From: Moniliella sp. 'wahieum'
Lineage: Eukaryota
Direction of reading: 5' to 3'
Assembly (NCBI GenBank): GCA_003971905.1
Contig: RSEE01000045.1
Span: 248,001-312,000, forward strand
Length of the DNA stretch: 64,000 nt
The notes under the pieces were generated by a model, which made no database searches, had not been told where the DNA came from, and was given only the letters and a program-made list of their open reading frames with translations. How positions within the stretch are numbered: the stretch's first letter is position 1; every line of letters starts with the position of its first letter. Below are positions 57,413 through 64,000 of the stretch, piece by piece. A program made the translations under genes and the position numbers.

Positions 57413-58753
57413 CACTACGCGGCTGGCCTTGCACAAGTTCGATTCTCAGCACTTTCCAGAACGGACGTTCTTCTGGGGTCCCTGCTGATCGAGCTGATCT
57501 AGCACAACAGCGCCTGCAACTTGCTGGTTGTGGTTTCTCCTCTGAACATGCCTTCCAACCATATAAGTACCTGTACCAAAACCAAACCAATCGTATACAT
57601 CTACTTATCTTTCTTCTGGAGATGTTCGCATGTCCAGCACCATCTATATTAGGATACCAACTGAAGAGCTCGGGCCTTGGGTTGAATGGAGGTGTGCGCT
57701 CTAAGGGCACAAAAAGTCAATTAGGAGCAATCCATCGAACTGTGGGCTCGTTCGGCATCACCTCGGATTGGGTCCGCCGTTAGCTCGAGTGACAAGGGCG
57801 AAAAGTACCAGTGATCTACCCAGACAAACGGCTTGTCCAAAAACCATCGTATTGCTGGCGCAAAGTCGGGCTAGTGAGGAGGCGTGTGGATCCAAACATT
57901 GCCCATTAGCACGAGGTGCCCTTGCGTGGGCGTGTCGGTATTACTACTCTAAGGGATGGCCAATGTGCAAGCTTGGTGCCCTTTCCTGTTGGCAAACGCA
58001 ATTCGATTCGCCAGTAACTTGAATCCTCTCATCCAACGTCCGCAGCAGCCAGGGTCACTAAGCATTGGACCCGGTAAGGGCCAGTGCACGTCCGCTTGGG
58101 ATCGTCAAAAAGTAATAAGTGAAACGGGTCGGCTTTCTAAGAGAAACCGACTGCTCAGTAGGCACAATCCGCTTCACAACTAGCCTATATGGGCACGCCC
58201 TCTTGGTCATTCTCCAATCGCATCAAAATCACCGTCTCTAGCACTACGTTGCGTTCGGGCGCATCAGATTGAGCTACTTTGGGCTCTTCTTCGTCTTCCT
58301 CCCTTCCTCCCATGGATGCGAGGGGCGAGAAAATGAGGACAAGCGACCCACTTACTCGTGCAATGTGCGCGTGCGCTTGGGACAAGCTCACTATCCCCTC
58401 GTACGTGGTGACAGGTGCAGGTGGATGTGGTGGTGCTGACTTGCGCGCGTACCGGCGCTCGGCAACCCCATTCGTACCCTGGTTAGGCTTTCATGCCTAG
58501 AAACCAACTGTAAGATGTAACTGACGTATACCCAGCGGCCCAAAGGGCAGCACGCCGTTACAAGCAGGTGGGCCTTGCCCAGCGCATCGACCCCCTTTCC
58601 ACCTATCGTGGACCCCGGCCTCATTCTTCCCCCAAATAAGTGCGAATGCCTGTTGCACCCAACCCATGCAAGCCATGTAATCCATGTAAGCCATGCAAGC
58701 CTGCCAGCTGCCAGCGTGAATCAGTTCCATTTCCACCCTCGACATCAGTAGTC

Positions 58754-60122
58754 TTAGTCTGGGCCACCGTAAAACTGGAGCAGCGTACTGCCCACCTCAC
58801 TTGGCGTTAACACTCCCTCGTCGGTAATGATCGAGGAGATGAGGCCCGGTCCCGTGTAGTCCACCTAGCCAACCATGTCACCATGTCAGTTTCCCCGCGT
58901 GCACGCCCACCGCAGTAGAATCTCCAGAGCAGCCACGTACCAAAGAGTGAGCGGCCATCATCTCGTCGGTCAGCAGGCCCTCTCGCGGCTGGATCGGGCC
59001 ATCTTTGGGGTTGTAGGCGGGCAAGTCGTCGAGTTGCGGGAAGGGAAGGATGTCCTTCTTTTGCATCAGAAGGTCCTTGGCACTGACAGGAAAGTATCGG
59101 ATGAATTTGAAGCTGGCAGAGGAGCGAAAGAATCAACGTGGACGCGTCAGTGGAAAACCCCCCAAACAAAACAATCCCCTTCACTCTCCAAAGCGACATA
59201 TGGTCCCAGAATGTGCAACCTACGTTTCCGCACACACCAAGAACGGCTTGTTGCACGCCTTGGCCGTCATGGCCAACGTAGCCGTTCCCAACGAATTGAG
59301 GATCCCGCCCGACTCAAACACCCCCTCCGCACCGACCAGCACCGTGTTGACGCTCGGCATCACCAAACCAACAGCCGAGTCGAGAATCACCGTACAAGGG
59401 ATCCCTGCCTCCATCAGTTCGGCGTACGTTTGCAACCTGATCAACAAAGGGGGCAGACGATCCAACCAAACAAAGCATAACAAAACATAAAACAAAACAG
59501 GGGGGGGGAGGTCAGTTACCCTCGGACGCTGCACCGTGCCCAACAGGGGTGATCGAGCCACTAGTCAACCAACAACGTACCCTTTACCTGTCGAACGCGA
59601 CTCGGTCACGTACACCCGCACCCGCTTGTTGTCGCGCTTGGTCGCCTTGAGAAGAACTTGCATCACAACGCGCGAGTAGGAGTGGGTAAGAATCACCGAC
59701 CCGTCCGAGATGAGCGGGAGCGAGAGCTCGGTGATACTTTCTCTACTGTCGTGGGCTGCTGAGTGGGCAAACGCACGTGCTTTGGCCAGCAACTCGGTCT
59801 TGCTCAGCTCAAAGTCCTCCAGGTCGGGTCGGTCGTAGTGCAGGCCGACAAAGCGCTGGAACAGGTCGGCACCAGCTGTGGCAGGAAGCGGGTTGGGCAA
59901 CGTCGTGCGCAGCTGCTCCACCGCATTCCGAATCGCAATCATCATCTCCGACGTGGTCTCGGGCTCAGTGGCAGTGATCAGGTCGCACAGCGCCAAAATC
60001 GCAGCAATCGGCATCGGCGTCAAGTCGGTCTGGTTGAGGTGCTGGTTGAAAGCGGCCGTCACGTCAAAGGCCAGAGGGCTCTGGCCCCGACCGGGAGGGG
60101 GAGCCGTAGGGGCAGACGTCAT
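58754..60122 (-). CDS. GCN3: Translation initiation factor eIF2B alpha subunit
   Basis: MPIAAILAL, TAGADLFQRFV, ILTHSYSRVVMQVL, VYVTESR, VLVGAEGVFESGGILN, DYTGPGLISSIITDEGVLTPS; two introns. Confidence 0.96.
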
Positions 60123-61327
60123 TGCCGAGCTCGTCGCCTGCTTCGTAGTGGAAGAAGAGCCTTGCAGCTGGTGTTGGCAGCGTCCAGTTGAACCTAGCCC
60201 GCCTGCCCGCCTCAACCGACCGCCGCCAATCCAGCCGAGGCGGCGGACAAAAAAAGACGAAACGTTGAGGTTCTTACGTAACGCGCTTCGGCTGTCCTAC
60301 CAAATCACACTCGATTGGGTTTTGAATTCGGCAGGCGCATTAACGCTTAGCTTGAACGCCTCCTCGACAGAAGGCCACTGCAGTGATCAAGCTCTTACGC
60401 GTCGCGTCGAGGGGCCAGTAGATTAGATGGCACCCCTGCGTTCGACATGCATGCCTACCGCCTCCCAGCTGTACGGGTATGCCAGTTTCTTCGCCCAATT
60501 GTACCGCGTACCGTGAAGTGATTCGAACCAATGCCGCATTGTCCTCCCTCTCGCCCTGCAACGCTCAACGCCCTCCCCCCCCCCCATGTGCATTAGAGAG
60601 AAGACGAGGAAGAGGCACAGGTCACCGAGAATTCTCATTCTTACCTTAAGGTGCAAAGGCCAAAGGTCGAAGGCCAAAGGCCAGGCGTCCGACGTCAGAC
60701 GACAGACGACCCTGCCCCTCGCTCTCACCCTTCCAACCTACCAGGATCCGAGTAGCACACTGGCGTTCTACCCTTCTGTCCTGGCTGCACCCACCTACGC
60801 CGAACAACCCCACCACACGCTCGAGCACTTACTTCATATTGAAAACGAGGATGGACGCAGGACGAGTATGGTACAAAAGAAAAAGGGGTAATGGACAAGA
60901 GGGTGGTCCATCCAAGGCTTCCTGGAAAGAAAGAAGAAAGAAGAAAGAGAGAAGGCAATCGGGGGAACAGGGAACGATGACAAGGTGCAGATAGGAACGG
61001 GAAACGAGCGGCGCGCCCGGTCCGAGCAAGGGCAGGGCAGAAATGAGAGTACGCGTGACGCATGCAACCAAAATGGAAGCGGCGACACACCAACCAAAAA
61101 TGACCAGGGAAGAAGAGCAAGAACATAGGGCGGGAAGCGACCTGTTTCCCACAGAGCGGGGATGGGGGGGTGGGGGGTGGGGAAGGCTGTTCCCGTCTGT
61201 TGGTAAGAAAAGAAAAGAAAAGTGGGAATCCGAGAAACACGTCCGCACCTGGTGCGCAGCGATGCAGACGTTAAGAAAGCACGGTTGTCCTCAGGCCCTA
61301 ACGTCCATCGCCCATCCTCATCGCCCA

Positions 61328-63665
<2,338 letters not shown>

Positions 63666-64000
63666 GGGGGCAATGGAATGGTGTGAGAGGGAGGACAGGG
63701 GGACATTTGCTTGCGCGGAGGACGGCAGGCAGGCAGGCAGGCAGGCGGGGAGGCGGGCACGGAGCGGGCGAGGCGAGGGAGGCGAAGGGCACAAGGCAGA
63801 GATGGAGGGGGAGGGAGGCAGAAGTGGTGGTGGTGGTGGTGGCGGTGCCGGGGGAGGAGGGAGGCTAAAAGCGCGCCTACCGTTCGTTTGCGTGTTGCGT
63901 TGCCGCGCACGACGCAGGCGGGAGGCAGGGAGCGTTGCTCAGTACCCCCGTGCCGTCTGCTGCGTGCTGCGTGCTGCCGTCTGCCGCTCGTCCAGTGCAG

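Noticed and set aside
57420..58750. Gene or ncRNA between UPRTase and GCN3
   Set aside because: Only short ORFs without motifs and no recognisable RNA family; cannot be supported from sequence alone.

Overview
Gene-dense, GC-rich fungal nuclear DNA with few short GT-AG introns. The protein styles suggest a basidiomycete, probably Ustilaginomycotina (inference). Nearly every gene, including essential ones, is broken by single-base indels, so the sequence looks like unpolished long-read data; gene boundaries are approximate and proteins were rebuilt across frames by eye. About 23 genes are recognisable: RPN2, AMMECR1-like, GH5 glucanase, RPN5, CDK11-like, TOK K+ channel, an RluA/Pus9-type pseudouridine synthase fusion, pantothenate kinase, thiolase, Snf2/Sth1, a CtvD/AscI-like membrane protein, peroxiredoxin Q with a long tail, CTL/PNS1-like, THEM4-like thioesterase, AKR1, DAHP synthase, AVL9, SMN, SDO1, PAM16, upp-type UPRTase, GCN3 and SRPK. 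The best novelty candidate is an apparent single-polypeptide fusion of a Pus9/Rib2/RPUSD2-type pseudouridine synthase with a THUMP + m2G methyltransferase module (THUMPD2/3-like) at ~16.9-20.5 kb. Also notable are an SMN orthologue hidden by frameshifts (~50.9-52.6 kb) and a ~3.2-kb gene-free, compositionally distinct island with short repeat arrays and palindromes (34.7-37.9 kb). I recognised no rRNA, tRNA, CRISPR array or intact transposase.
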